Source: Thermoplasmata archaeon
GTDB lineage: Archaea > Thermoplasmatota > Thermoplasmata > Sysuiplasmatales > Sysuiplasmataceae
Assembly: GCA_021806165.1 (NCBI GenBank)
Contig: JAJZXY010000003.1
Span: 18,496 to 82,495, forward strand
Reading direction: 5' to 3'
Length of the DNA: 64,000 bases
Below the pieces are notes generated by a model, which was not told the DNA's origin, did not search any database, and saw only the letters and a program-made list of their open reading frames with translations. Shown in pieces: positions 1 through 9,186 of this stretch. The stretch's first letter is position 1. Each line of letters opens with the position of its first letter. Made by a program: the position numbers and the translations under genes.

Positions 1-507
1 ACAGTTCTGTCGGACAACCCTTCGCTTGCAGTCTACGGGCGGGGGTCCGATGGGGCCCATCCTGCAAAGGTAGTCTTCGATTCGAAGGGTCGGACTCCTG
101 CTGATGCTCGCATCCTGGACGGGGGAGGGAAGGTGTACATTGTCACGGAGGAGTCGTGCAGCAGGAGCGTGCAGGGGGCTGCGATGCTCAGGTGCGGCAG
201 GGGCAGGGTCGACATACCTGTTGCACTCTCGAAACTCAAGGAGGAGGGGATAGACAGCTTGCTTGTCGAGGGAGGAGGGGAGATCATTTTCGAGTTTGCG
301 CGGCTCGGTCTGATAGACAGGATGTTCATCTACACCGCTCCGCTGATCGTTGGAGGACGGGGGGCGCCGACAGTTGCCGACGGCACAGGCATGGATGCGG
401 AGTCGGGTTTCGCGCCTTTCAGGCTTGTTTCGGTGAGGGCCTTTGGAATGGGGGTGCTCGCCGAATACGTGAAGGGGGGAAAGTGGCGGGCCGATGGGGA
501 ACGTTGA
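1..507 (+). CDS. RibD C-terminal reductase domain (pyrimidine reductase, riboflavin pathway), 5' truncated by window edge
   Basis: Frame is open from base 1: TVLSDNPSL..., VVFDSKGRTP, LLVEGGG, APLIVGG; these are RibD_C motifs. Confidence 0.85.
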   Translation, partial: TVLSDNPSLAVYGRGSDGAHPAKVVFDSKGRTPADARILDGGGKVYIVTEESCSRSVQGAAMLRCGRGRVDIPVALSKLKEEGIDSLLVEGGGEIIFEFARLGLIDRMFIYTAPLIVGGRGAPTVADGTGMDAESGFAPFRLVSVRAFGMGVLAEYVKGGKWRADGER

Positions 508-976
508 ACGGGAATCAGGAGGGGAAAGGAGGTTCATTGCGGACAACATGCTTGGAAGTCTGGCCCGGTGGCTGCGCATGATGGGCTATGACACAGTCTA
601 CATCATGGAAGGCGGGGACGACGAGATTGTCGCCCTCTCAAAGGAGCAAGAGAGGGTCATTCTCACCAGGGACAGGGAGCTGACAAGGAGGAAGGGTGCA
701 GACTCATACTACGTCGCCGGTACCGGGATAGGGGAGCAGCTTGCAGATGTTGCGTCCTTCTTCCGGCTGCGGTTCAGGGAGGGTGAGATGCGATGCAGCG
801 TGTGCAACGGACTCCTTGTGGTGGAGGGGAAGGGAGGAGCGGCCGGCCTCGTGCCTGAAGGTGTGCTCGAGAGGAATGAGATCTTCCGGAAGTGCTCAGG
901 ATGCGGCAAGTTGTACTGGAAGGGCACACACTGGAGAAGGATAATGGAAAGGATCGAGGGGGTGCTTCGTGGCTGA
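494..976 (+). CDS. Mut7-C RNase (PIN-like) domain protein with Zn ribbon
   Basis: FIADNMLGSLARWLRMMGYDT, ILTRDREL, RCSVCNG...CSGCGKLYWKGTHW. Confidence 0.9.
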   Translation: MGNVERESGGERRFIADNMLGSLARWLRMMGYDTVYIMEGGDDEIVALSKEQERVILTRDRELTRRKGADSYYVAGTGIGEQLADVASFFRLRFREGEMRCSVCNGLLVVEGKGGAAGLVPEGVLERNEIFRKCSGCGKLYWKGTHWRRIMERIEGVLRG

Positions 977-1006
977 AAGGCTTGCCTGCACCTTCCCGCT
1001 CCCGGA

Positions 1007-1468
1007 ATGCCCGTGGCACCCGGAGTCGGGGTGCAGTGGAGGGAGGCGGCGGGCATGAGCAGAAGGGCAGCCGTGACCAGGGGCCTGTCTGCAGCCCTCT
1101 TTGCCGCTGCCGCAGCCTTCCTTGTACAGGGTGTTGTGTCGGGAGGACTGCATGTTGCATTCATATTTGTGATACCGTTGGTTTACGGCAGCGGGTTTCA
1201 GGGCCTGGCTGCAGCTGCGCTCATTGTCACCGCATTCGTCATCCTGGCACTCTCCGGGCCCGTTCAGCCGCTGGGAGGGTATCGGGGCGCGGAGGGCGGC
1301 GAAGGGGGCGTGGCGGGTACCGGGAGGCGGAGCTTCGGTGGTGTGATTTTCATAGGACCGGTGCCCATAGTTTTTGGAAGCGGCAGGAAGGTTACAGCAT
1401 GGATGGTGGTCGCGGGGATTGTGCTTTCGGTGCTTCTAATCCTCGCCTTCATCCTCTGGAACTTCTGA
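1007..1468 (+). CDS. DUF131/TIGR00304-type membrane protein (alternative start 1055)
   Basis: Several TM segments and signature FGGVIFIGPVPIVFGS. Confidence 0.75.
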   Translation: MPVAPGVGVQWREAAGMSRRAAVTRGLSAALFAAAAAFLVQGVVSGGLHVAFIFVIPLVYGSGFQGLAAAALIVTAFVILALSGPVQPLGGYRGAEGGEGGVAGTGRRSFGGVIFIGPVPIVFGSGRKVTAWMVVAGIVLSVLLILAFILWNF

Positions 1469-1672
1469 GACAAGCCTTGATGCGGCCTCGTCCAGCGATA
1501 TCCCCTCGCTGTAGGCCATCTCCCTGACCAGGCCCATTGCTGCAACGTAATCGGAGAAGGGGAGTTTGCGCCTCCGTATGACTTTGCCTAGCCCCCTTTC
1601 AAATGTCTCGTCCTTCCTGCGGGACGCGAGCGCCGCTGCTATGGCGGACCTTATCTCCTTCCTGACTTCCAT
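1436..1672 (-). CDS. small hypothetical protein
   Basis: 78-aa helical, charged ORF overlapping the 3' end of guaAA, consistent with an operon. Confidence 0.55.
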   Translation of the reverse strand: MEVRKEIRSAIAAALASRRKDETFERGLGKVIRRRKLPFSDYVAAMGLVREMAYSEGISLDEAASRLVSEVPEDEGED

Positions 1673-2259
1673 TCGGCCACCTTCCTCAGGAAGTTCCTGA
1701 ATATCTCCACGCCGTACTCAGTCTCATCCACCTCAGGGTGAAACTGGAGGCTGTAGATGGGCCTGCTCTCTGACATCATGGCCTCCACGGGACAGTCCGC
1801 TGTCCTGGCAAGGACCCTGAAACCAGGCGGCGTCTCCCTGACTTCGTCATTGTGCGACTCCCAGACGCGGAAGCGGACGGGCAGCCCTTCTAGTATCCCT
1901 TCGGTGGAGGATACCTCAAGCTCCGCCTTCCCGAACTCTGAGCTTGCCCCCTTTCCAGTAAGCCCTCCGAAGTGATGTGCAATGAAATGATGGCCCACGC
2001 AAATTCCCAGGAAGGGGCGGTCGATGCTGTCCAGGTATTCGGAGGAGAGGCCCATCTTTTCCGGCTCGAGACCTACGCTGGGTGAGCCGCCGCTCAAAAC
2101 AAGGCCGTCCGCATCAGACAGCGAGGAAAGGGGGGTGTCGTTGGGAACAATTGAAACCTTTGCCCCCAGATCCCTCAGGACGCGGTACTCGCGGTGCGTC
2201 CACTGGCCGCCGTTGTCAATGACATAAATCATCAGGCCGGAGAAATCATCTTCGCCCAT
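1651..2259 (-). CDS. guaAA: GMP synthase glutaminase subunit A
   Basis: IDNGGQWTHRE, LGICVG (catalytic Cys), SHNDEV, QFHPE. Confidence 0.93.
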   Translation of the reverse strand: MGEDDFSGLMIYVIDNGGQWTHREYRVLRDLGAKVSIVPNDTPLSSLSDADGLVLSGGSPSVGLEPEKMGLSSEYLDSIDRPFLGICVGHHFIAHHFGGLTGKGASSEFGKAELEVSSTEGILEGLPVRFRVWESHNDEVRETPPGFRVLARTADCPVEAMMSESRPIYSLQFHPEVDETEYGVEIFRNFLRKVAEWKSGRR

Positions 2260-2345
2260 TGCCTTGTTTGCATCATGGATACTCTTAATTAACCTTCTGT
2301 CAGCTGCTTCGGCGGCATTGCGAGGCGAAGGCTGAAGTACACCAT

Positions 2346-2717
2346 ATGACCATTAGACGGCGTAGTGGTACCTTGCCCGAAGACATCATCTCGAAGATCA
2401 GCAGGGAGTCAGGCAAGCTGATAGACACCGAGGGCCTGTTCATCCAGGCTATGCAGGACATAGTGAAGGATGAGATAAAGAAGAAGGTGTATGCGAGGAT
2501 AGACAGGGATCCGAAGGTTAAGGAGCAGATCAAGATTGCGGTCGAGGACCTTGTGGAAGCCAGGATCAAGGAGACATATGCGCTCATGAGGCTTGGCAAG
2601 ATCGCAGCCAGGGTGGGGCTTGAACTCATTCCGGGCGACATGAAGGAGGACGTCGCCAAGGAATTCACTTCCATACTCGAAAGGGAGATTACAGAGATAT
2701 TCCAGAAGATCTCCTGA
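2346..2717 (+). CDS. hypothetical alpha-helical protein (alternative TTG start 2373)
   Basis: 123-aa ORF with genome-typical codon usage, divergent from guaAA. Confidence 0.7.
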   Translation: MTIRRRSGTLPEDIISKISRESGKLIDTEGLFIQAMQDIVKDEIKKKVYARIDRDPKVKEQIKIAVEDLVEARIKETYALMRLGKIAARVGLELIPGDMKEDVAKEFTSILEREITEIFQKIS

Positions 2718-2777
2718 GCTGTGCCTTCAGGCATTCTTTTATTACCCGCACCGGGTTAGTCAATTGCGGATTGGAAG

Positions 2778-4031
2778 CTGCAGGGTGATCCCACGAACAA
2801 GGAACTTGCTGAAAGAGGAAGGAGGAGGATAGAGTGGGCAAAGACGCACATGCCCGTCCTGGGTCTGGCCGCCCACAAACTGAAGAGAGGCGGCGGGTTG
2901 AAGGGGAAGAAGATCGGCATGGCTCTTCATGTCGAGGCGAAGACTGCCTGTCTCGCTCTCACACTGAGGGAGGCCGGGGCGGAGGTCAGGCTTGCAAGCT
3001 GCAACCCCCTGTCCACGGATGATTCAGTAAGCGAGGCACTGAATTCTGTCTACGAGCTCCCCACCTTTGCGCGCAAGGGGCAGAGCGATGAGGAATATTA
3101 TGCAAACCTGGGAAGCGTCCTTGATGTGGGGCCAGACATAGTCATCGACGACGGGGCAGACCTCATAGCCCTGCTGCACATGGAGAGGAGGGATCTGCTC
3201 TCGAAAGTCATAGGCGGCAACGAGGAAACAACCACCGGGGTGATAAGGCTCAGGTCCATGGAAAAGGACGGCAAACTGGAATTTCCAGTGATAGCTGTCA
3301 ACGACTCATACATGAAATACCTCTTCGACAACAGGTACGGCACCGGGCAGTCGTCGCTTGACGGCATAATGACTGCAACCAACCTTCTTCTTGCAGGCAA
3401 GAGGATTGTTGTGGCGGGATACGGCTGGTGCGGCCGCGGCATTGCGAGCAGGGCAAGGGGAATGGGTGGAATTGTGACTGTGACGGAGGTCGATCCTGTC
3501 AAGGCCATAGAGGCAATCATGGAAGGTTTCACAGTAAGCAGGATGGAGGATGCCATCAGGAGCGCAGACTTCGTCATTACGGCAACCGGGGACAGGGACA
3601 TAGTGACCTGGGAGACGGCGCACGCGGCGAAGGACGGCTGCGTCATGGCCAATGCAGGCCACTTCAATCTTGAGATCGATGTGGAGGGGCTGAGGAGCAG
3701 GTGCAGCGTGACCAGGGTCAGGGAGCATGTCGAGGAATTCAGGTTCCCGGACGGGAAGAGGATATACCTCCTTTCAGACGGCAGACTGGTAAACCTTGCC
3801 GCCGGCCAGGGGCATCCGGCGGAAATCATGGACATGAGTTTCGCCACACAGGCGCTGGCAGCCGACTACCTCGCAACGGAGGGTGCGAAGCTCAAGCCCG
3901 GTGTCCATCTGCTCCCCAGGAGGATGGACACGGAGATTGCGAGGATGAAGCTCAGGACGCTCGGGGCATCCATAGATGAGCTCACTGAAGCGCAGAAGGC
4001 ATACCTCGCTTCATGGAACATGGGAACATGA
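2778..4031 (+). CDS. ahcY: adenosylhomocysteinase; conserved N-terminus extends upstream of ATG 2850, probable CTG start
   Basis: SCNPLSTDD, DDGAD, EETTTG, FDNRYGTGQS, GYGWCGRG, GRLVNL, GHPAEIMDMSF; in-frame LAERGRRRIEWAKTH precedes the ATG. Confidence 0.95.
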   Translation: MQGDPTNKELAERGRRRIEWAKTHMPVLGLAAHKLKRGGGLKGKKIGMALHVEAKTACLALTLREAGAEVRLASCNPLSTDDSVSEALNSVYELPTFARKGQSDEEYYANLGSVLDVGPDIVIDDGADLIALLHMERRDLLSKVIGGNEETTTGVIRLRSMEKDGKLEFPVIAVNDSYMKYLFDNRYGTGQSSLDGIMTATNLLLAGKRIVVAGYGWCGRGIASRARGMGGIVTVTEVDPVKAIEAIMEGFTVSRMEDAIRSADFVITATGDRDIVTWETAHAAKDGCVMANAGHFNLEIDVEGLRSRCSVTRVREHVEEFRFPDGKRIYLLSDGRLVNLAAGQGHPAEIMDMSFATQALAADYLATEGAKLKPGVHLLPRRMDTEIARMKLRTLGASIDELTEAQKAYLASWNMGT

Positions 4032-4966
4032 AAAAGGGATGGAAGAGGCTGGCCCCTGGTCGCAGGAAGAACAACTTCCTGGCAGTGCTGGGGCATGTCA
4101 ACATCGATGTTGTGTACGAGCTGCAGAAGTTCCCAGTAAAAGGGCAGTCGGTAAACACAGGCACCGTAAGGGAGATGTTCGGCGGGACTGCGGGCAACAT
4201 AGCACTCCACTCAGCTTCCCTGGGCGTAAGGACTGCAATAGGGTGCTATGTGGGAGAGGATTTTGGAAGCAGTTTCAGAGAGATGCTCCTTGAATCGGGC
4301 CTGGACTGCCACGACGTCATCGTTGTGGAGGGGGAGAGGACGCCAAGATGTCATATTTTCAACACACCTGACGGGGAGCAGACATACATAATCGAGCAGG
4401 GGGCGATGGCAAGCCCGGTGGAGCTGCCCCTCTGGGAATCGGCGATTTCAGGCAGCAGCACCATCCATGTGGCCACAGGCGACCCGGAAAGGTACATCAG
4501 GGCTGTTGGGGGAAGGGATTATGCATTCGACCCCGGGCAGGAGATAAGCTACAGGTACACACCGGGCAACTTCAGGAAGCTCCTGGACGGGGCGAACCTC
4601 TTCTTCACAAATGAGGTCGAGATGAAAATGGCGCTCAGGCTTTCTGGCAGCACTTCCGAAAGGAGGCTGGCTGCTCACTGCGGCACCATTGTAAAAACGC
4701 TCGGCGCAAAGGGCACGGAGGTTATAACAGCCGACGGCAGGACACTCGTCCCGCCGTGCAGAGTGAAGCGCTATGCGGACACCATCGGTGCCGGTGATGC
4801 TTTCAGGGCTGGATACTACGCCGCAATGCAGCGCGGACACGGGATGATCAGGTGCGTGGAATTCGGCAACGCGATGGCTTCGATAGCAATTGAGGGTGAG
4901 GGAGGCGTCGGCTCACTTGCAGATTTCGGCAGGCTCGAGGAGCGGTGGAGGAGCAGCTTCAGCTGA
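4028..4966 (+). CDS. PfkB-family carbohydrate/nucleoside kinase
   Basis: FGGTAGNIA, FDPGQ, NEVE, DTIGAGDAFRAG; ATGA overlap with the ahcY stop. Confidence 0.9.
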   Translation: MKKGWKRLAPGRRKNNFLAVLGHVNIDVVYELQKFPVKGQSVNTGTVREMFGGTAGNIALHSASLGVRTAIGCYVGEDFGSSFREMLLESGLDCHDVIVVEGERTPRCHIFNTPDGEQTYIIEQGAMASPVELPLWESAISGSSTIHVATGDPERYIRAVGGRDYAFDPGQEISYRYTPGNFRKLLDGANLFFTNEVEMKMALRLSGSTSERRLAAHCGTIVKTLGAKGTEVITADGRTLVPPCRVKRYADTIGAGDAFRAGYYAAMQRGHGMIRCVEFGNAMASIAIEGEGGVGSLADFGRLEERWRSSFS

Positions 4967-4999
4967 TGTCCCTCCGGAAATGGCCCCGGGGCGCAACTT

Positions 5000-6607
5000 T
5001 CAGAGGACAATCCCCTCCCTTACTGACGCAAGGCTGCCGCCTGCCGTCCTCAGAAGCACGCGCACCTCGCACCGGGCACCCTCAGGAAGACCGGGGATGA
5101 GCTGCAGCAGACGCTCCCCGCCGAAGGAGCGTGAGCACAGCGGAGCCGCTCCCCCTTCCGACCATATTCCAGCTTCGCCCGACACAGCAGCGTCGCCTGC
5201 GCCCACAAGCCTGACGGAAACGGACGGAGCGGCCTCCGTTGGTATGACCGATACCTCGATGCCGGGGGGAATGTCCGGGACCATGCACCTTTTCCCCCTG
5301 CGCCCGTACGGCGACACTGCCTTGCTTCCCCTGACTACGAAAGCAGCCCCTCCCCCCTCGAGCGGGGGCAGGGCCGCTTCTCCCGCCAAATCCATTGTCA
5401 GGGATGTTCCGCCCGGAGGGCAACTGCGAGACGCTCCGTCCCTCCCGATCCAGTCAGCCGTCAGGTCCAGCCGCAGCATGGTACCTGAAGCGCTGAGCCC
5501 GCGCCTGCCGCCGGGAGGCAGGCCGAGACAGGAGCGTACTGTTTCCTCGGCCGGAAGGTCGCCGCCGTCAAGCGGTATGATGCCGCACATGAGCTTCATC
5601 ACCCTCCTACTCCCATATGCCTCCGCTGTGCTGCCAAGCCTTTCGAGCGCCGTCCTGACAGCCACCTCGCTTATGTCGGCTGATATCCACCTCCTGCCGA
5701 GCGCCTGTGCTGCGATGGCTGTTGTGCCGCTTCCTCCGAAGAAATCAGCCACCGTGCTGTCCGCCGTAGACGAAGCCCTGACAACAGTCTGGAGCAATCT
5801 CAGCGGCTTCTGGGTCGGATAGCCTGTCCTCTCCCTGGCCTGGCTGTTGATGATCGGTATATCCCACACGTCCTCGGGAGCCTTGCCCCGCGAGTTGAGC
5901 CTCGTCGGCCTGCCGAAGGATATGGTTCCCCTTCTCCCCTGCTCGATAGTTCCGGGACTGTATTCCATCCTCACCTCGTCAATGTTGAATATGTGCTTCC
6001 CGGCATGCCTTGCGTAGAACAGGATTGTATCGTGCTTCTTCTTGAATCTGTCCCTCACGGTTCCTGCTGGATCCCTGTAATGCCATATGATCTCATTGAG
6101 GAAATTGCCATAGCCGAATATCCTGTCCATCATCGTCTTGACATAATGCGATGCATGCCAGTCCAGATGGACATAGATGCTGCCACGCATGCTGAGGAGG
6201 CGCCGCATCTCCACAATCCTGGGTTCAAGCCAGGAAAGGTATCCGTCCATGCCCTCGCTCCACACATCGCTGAACATTGGATTCTGCGTGCCGTCGTACA
6301 GGTGCGGAAACTCCCTGTTGGTGAAGAATGGCGGGTCGGCGTAAATCAGGTCCACCGAGCCTGCGGGAAGGGAGCGCATTGCATGGAGATTGTCACCCCA
6401 TATCATGAGATTGCAGCTGTCTGACAACCCCCCGGAAATGCTGCCGGCCTGCACAAGAGGGAGGGCATCGAAGGGGGAATGGCGCACACCCGTTACCGCC
6501 TTTCCTGTCTGACTCCTCACAGCTCCGGCCCTCCCCTGTTCATGCCGCCCGTATCGCCTTCCCCGCGGGTGCCTGATAACCACTGCATTCGGTTGATAGA
6601 TGCACAT
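5000..6607 (-). CDS. site-specific DNA methyltransferase (N6-A/N4-C, beta class); start uncertain
   Basis: WGDNL, IYADPPF (motif IV), YPTQKP, DFFGGSGTT (motif I); motif order IV then I. Confidence 0.88.
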   Translation of the reverse strand: MCIYQPNAVVIRHPRGRRYGRHEQGRAGAVRSQTGKAVTGVRHSPFDALPLVQAGSISGGLSDSCNLMIWGDNLHAMRSLPAGSVDLIYADPPFFTNREFPHLYDGTQNPMFSDVWSEGMDGYLSWLEPRIVEMRRLLSMRGSIYVHLDWHASHYVKTMMDRIFGYGNFLNEIIWHYRDPAGTVRDRFKKKHDTILFYARHAGKHIFNIDEVRMEYSPGTIEQGRRGTISFGRPTRLNSRGKAPEDVWDIPIINSQARERTGYPTQKPLRLLQTVVRASSTADSTVADFFGGSGTTAIAAQALGRRWISADISEVAVRTALERLGSTAEAYGSRRVMKLMCGIIPLDGGDLPAEETVRSCLGLPPGGRRGLSASGTMLRLDLTADWIGRDGASRSCPPGGTSLTMDLAGEAALPPLEGGGAAFVVRGSKAVSPYGRRGKRCMVPDIPPGIEVSVIPTEAAPSVSVRLVGAGDAAVSGEAGIWSEGGAAPLCSRSFGGERLLQLIPGLPEGARCEVRVLLRTAGGSLASVREGIVL

Positions 6608-6712
6608 TGATCTATTTTCGTTTTGAGATACTGCTCACCGCATCATGGGCCGGACCGCAACAGCGATATAATTAAGAACATAACAGCGGTTACACGAATT
6701 GAGGCGAAGTTG

Positions 6713-6946
6713 ATGGCAGTCGGGTTTGTCCTGATAAGCACCGCTCCCGCTAAGGAACATGAGGTTTACAACGAACTGCTCAAGGTCAAGGAGATTGTGG
6801 AACTGCACCCCCTGTTTGGAGAATATGACCTGATTGCAAAGATCGAGGCGGAGGATTTCAATCTCCTCGGCCAGGTCGTTGTTGACAGGGTGAGGGCAAT
6901 ACCCGGTGTGATAGACACGAAGACGCTGACCGGAATAAAGTTTTAA
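6713..6946 (+). CDS. stand-alone Lrp/AsnC ligand-binding (RAM) domain protein
   Basis: GFVLIST...LFGEYDLIAKIEA...IPGVIDTKTL; no HTH. Confidence 0.88.
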   Translation: MAVGFVLISTAPAKEHEVYNELLKVKEIVELHPLFGEYDLIAKIEAEDFNLLGQVVVDRVRAIPGVIDTKTLTGIKF

Positions 6947-6978
6947 GTATTGATTGAGTTCAGGGAGTTTGGAAGTAA

Positions 6979-7323
6979 ATGATGCTAGAAGCGACAACGA
7001 TTCTTTCCGCAGCCAACTCAATTCCGACCGAGAATGCTGGCAATTTCGTAACCATACTTCTGCTCACGTTCAGCATATTCATGATACTCGCAGGTGCATT
7101 CACCTCCTATTTCGGCACAGGAAAGAGCAGGGCTGTGGGTGCTGTCCTCCTCGTGGTGGGAATCATAGTTGCAATAGTCTGGCTGTTTGTCGCCAACTAC
7201 TACAGCTACACAACACCTGGTCTCGCGGACGTCATCTGGGGGGCTTTCCTCAGCATTGTCGCGGCCATCATAGGAGCAGTTATTGCAGTACTTGTCTTCC
7301 TTCTTGCAATAATGAAGACCTGA
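6979..7323 (+). CDS. small membrane protein (3 TM)
   Basis: Three hydrophobic segments, YFGTGKSRAVG loop. Confidence 0.75.
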   Translation: MMLEATTILSAANSIPTENAGNFVTILLLTFSIFMILAGAFTSYFGTGKSRAVGAVLLVVGIIVAIVWLFVANYYSYTTPGLADVIWGAFLSIVAAIIGAVIAVLVFLLAIMKT

Positions 7324-7389
7324 GGCCGGGGAGTTCATCGACAGCTATTTGTCGCTCCTCATGTTGAAGTCATCTGTCAGTGGTGCCAG

Positions 7390-8337
7390 ATGGATCCGGG
7401 CAGGTTTGTTGAAGAACAGGTAAGGTCTGTATCGTCCTCAGTCCAGGGAAGGGCCATTGTTGCACTTTCGGGAGGAGTTGACAGCACCGTCGCCGCAGTG
7501 ATAGTCAACAGGGCAATCGGGGAACGGCTGCTCGCCGTGTATGTGGATACCGGGTTCATGCGCAAGGGGGAAACGGAGAGGCTCTCATCGATGTTCAGCG
7601 GCCTGGGCCTGAACCACAGGATTGTGCGTGCCTCCGACGAGTTCTTTGATGCGCTTGAAGGAGAGAGCGATGCTGAAAGGAAGAGGGTGATTATAGGGCG
7701 CAAGTTCATCGAACTCTTTGAAAAGGAGGCAGGGGAGTTTGATGCGGAATATCTTGTCCAGGGCACCATCGCACCCGACTGGATTGAGAGCGGCGGTTCA
7801 CTCAGGGACAGGATAAAGTCCCACCACAATGTGGCGGGCCTTCCTAGGGAGATGAAGCTCAAACTGGTGGAGCCGCTGAGGGATCTCTACAAGGATGAGG
7901 TAAGACTGGTCGCAAGATACCTGAACATAGCTGTCTCGGAGAGGCAGCCCTTTCCGGGCCCCGGACTGGCGGTAAGGGTTCTTGGGAGCGTCAGCAGGGA
8001 AGATGTCGGGATAGAGAGGGAGGCGTGTGCAATTGTTGAGGAGGAGATTGAGAAGGCACATGCGGAGGGGAAGATAGAGGCGCTCCCCTGGCAGTACTTT
8101 TCGGTGCTCATCCCTGTAAGGAGCGTCGGTGTGCAGGGCGATGTCAGGGCTTACGGCAGGACAATAGTGGTCAGGGCGGTGATGTCAAGGGATGCCATGA
8201 CAGCAAGATTCTCTCATCTCCCTCCAGAAGTCCTTGAAAACATATCGACCAGGATAACAAACACGCTGGGGCGGTCTGTAACCAGAGTGGTGTATGACAT
8301 AACAAACAAGCCGCCCGGAACCATAGAGTGGGAATAG
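7390..8337 (+). CDS. guaAB: GMP synthase ATP pyrophosphatase subunit B
   Basis: ALSGGVDS, QGTIAPD, IKSHHN, LYKDEVR, PFPGPGL, KPPGTIEWE. Confidence 0.96.
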   Translation: MDPGRFVEEQVRSVSSSVQGRAIVALSGGVDSTVAAVIVNRAIGERLLAVYVDTGFMRKGETERLSSMFSGLGLNHRIVRASDEFFDALEGESDAERKRVIIGRKFIELFEKEAGEFDAEYLVQGTIAPDWIESGGSLRDRIKSHHNVAGLPREMKLKLVEPLRDLYKDEVRLVARYLNIAVSERQPFPGPGLAVRVLGSVSREDVGIEREACAIVEEEIEKAHAEGKIEALPWQYFSVLIPVRSVGVQGDVRAYGRTIVVRAVMSRDAMTARFSHLPPEVLENISTRITNTLGRSVTRVVYDITNKPPGTIEWE

Positions 8338-9036
8338 TCAGAGGTATCTCGACAGCTCTGAAAGTGCCCGGATTGGCACTGCGTCGGGCATGCCGCGCGG
8401 GGAGAGGTGTTCGGGTATGAACACGCCCCCGAATCCGAGCCTCTGCAGGATGGGCGTCTCCTCGGGCAGGCCTGTGAGAACCGAAGTGTCCGCCGGATTG
8501 ACATTCATGTTGCTTATGGCGTAGCGGTAAGGGCGGGCATGGGGCCTAACGATGCCGTTCTCGGATGAGAATTGCACGTCATCCAGGTATTCCGTCAGTC
8601 CCGCTGCCTCGAGCCTCTCCCTGATGTACTGCGGCGGTATGCCCATAGGTGCATTGCAGACCAGGCCTATCCTGACTCCCGATTCCCTGAGTTCCGCCAT
8701 GAATTCCATGCTCCCCTCGCTGACTGAGAATCTTGACATCACATCCTCAGACATCACCCTCACCAGCCTTGGGACAAGCGGTGGTGATTCTATCTCGAGG
8801 TCGTCCAGGACGAGCTCGACCAGGGAATCGAGGGATGTCTCGAGCCTCTTTTCAGAAATCCTCTTCTCCCTTGACTCCAGATGCCTGGCAAACAGGTAGG
8901 AGAGGCGCCCCTCGCCCTGGTCCAGCCCCTCTGCGCGAAGGACAGACAGCATCTCGGACATTGAACTGCCCGATATGGAAGCGTGGCTGTGCGGTCCCCT
9001 GAAGGCTATCTCATACCCGAGGATTAGCGCTTTCAC
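8338..9036 (-). CDS. HAD-superfamily fold protein with degenerate catalytic motifs
   Basis: RIGLVCNA, FSSENGIVRPHARPY and overall layout match HAD-IA hydrolases, but the motif I and motif IV Asp residues are absent. Confidence 0.7.
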   Translation of the reverse strand: MKALILGYEIAFRGPHSHASISGSSMSEMLSVLRAEGLDQGEGRLSYLFARHLESREKRISEKRLETSLDSLVELVLDDLEIESPPLVPRLVRVMSEDVMSRFSVSEGSMEFMAELRESGVRIGLVCNAPMGIPPQYIRERLEAAGLTEYLDDVQFSSENGIVRPHARPYRYAISNMNVNPADTSVLTGLPEETPILQRLGFGGVFIPEHLSPRGMPDAVPIRALSELSRYL

Positions 9037-9071
9037 ATTCCTTTGATAGACGTAGGAAACTATTTCTCATT

Positions 9072-9082
9072 TTCCAGTGGAA
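9072..9082. promoter_or_regulatory. mini-ORB-like palindrome TTCCAGTGGAA
   Basis: Perfect inverted repeat matching the core of archaeal origin recognition boxes; intergenic; 3.5 kb upstream of cdc6. Confidence 0.45.
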
Positions 9083-9163
9083 GTGGAATAAGCATGCGCT
9101 CTTTGTGGCTTTTCGACGTAGGCAATGCAGGCGAGGATTTCGAAGGTGGTAATTGAAGGGGAA

Positions 9164-9171
9164 TTTATATA
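9164..9171 (+). promoter_or_regulatory. TATA box of the GAF protein gene
   Basis: TTTATATA preceded by a purine-rich BRE-like tract, 25 nt before ATG 9196 (leaderless geometry). Confidence 0.6.
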
Positions 9172-9186
9172 AGACGTTTCAGGAGA

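Noticed and set aside
4890-5822. 310-aa Pro/Ser/Ala-rich ORF
   Set aside because: Antisense to the MTase in very GC-rich DNA; no protein family features
1651-8337. Separated guaAA and guaAB genes as a novelty
   Set aside because: Split, unlinked GMP synthase subunits are normal in archaea
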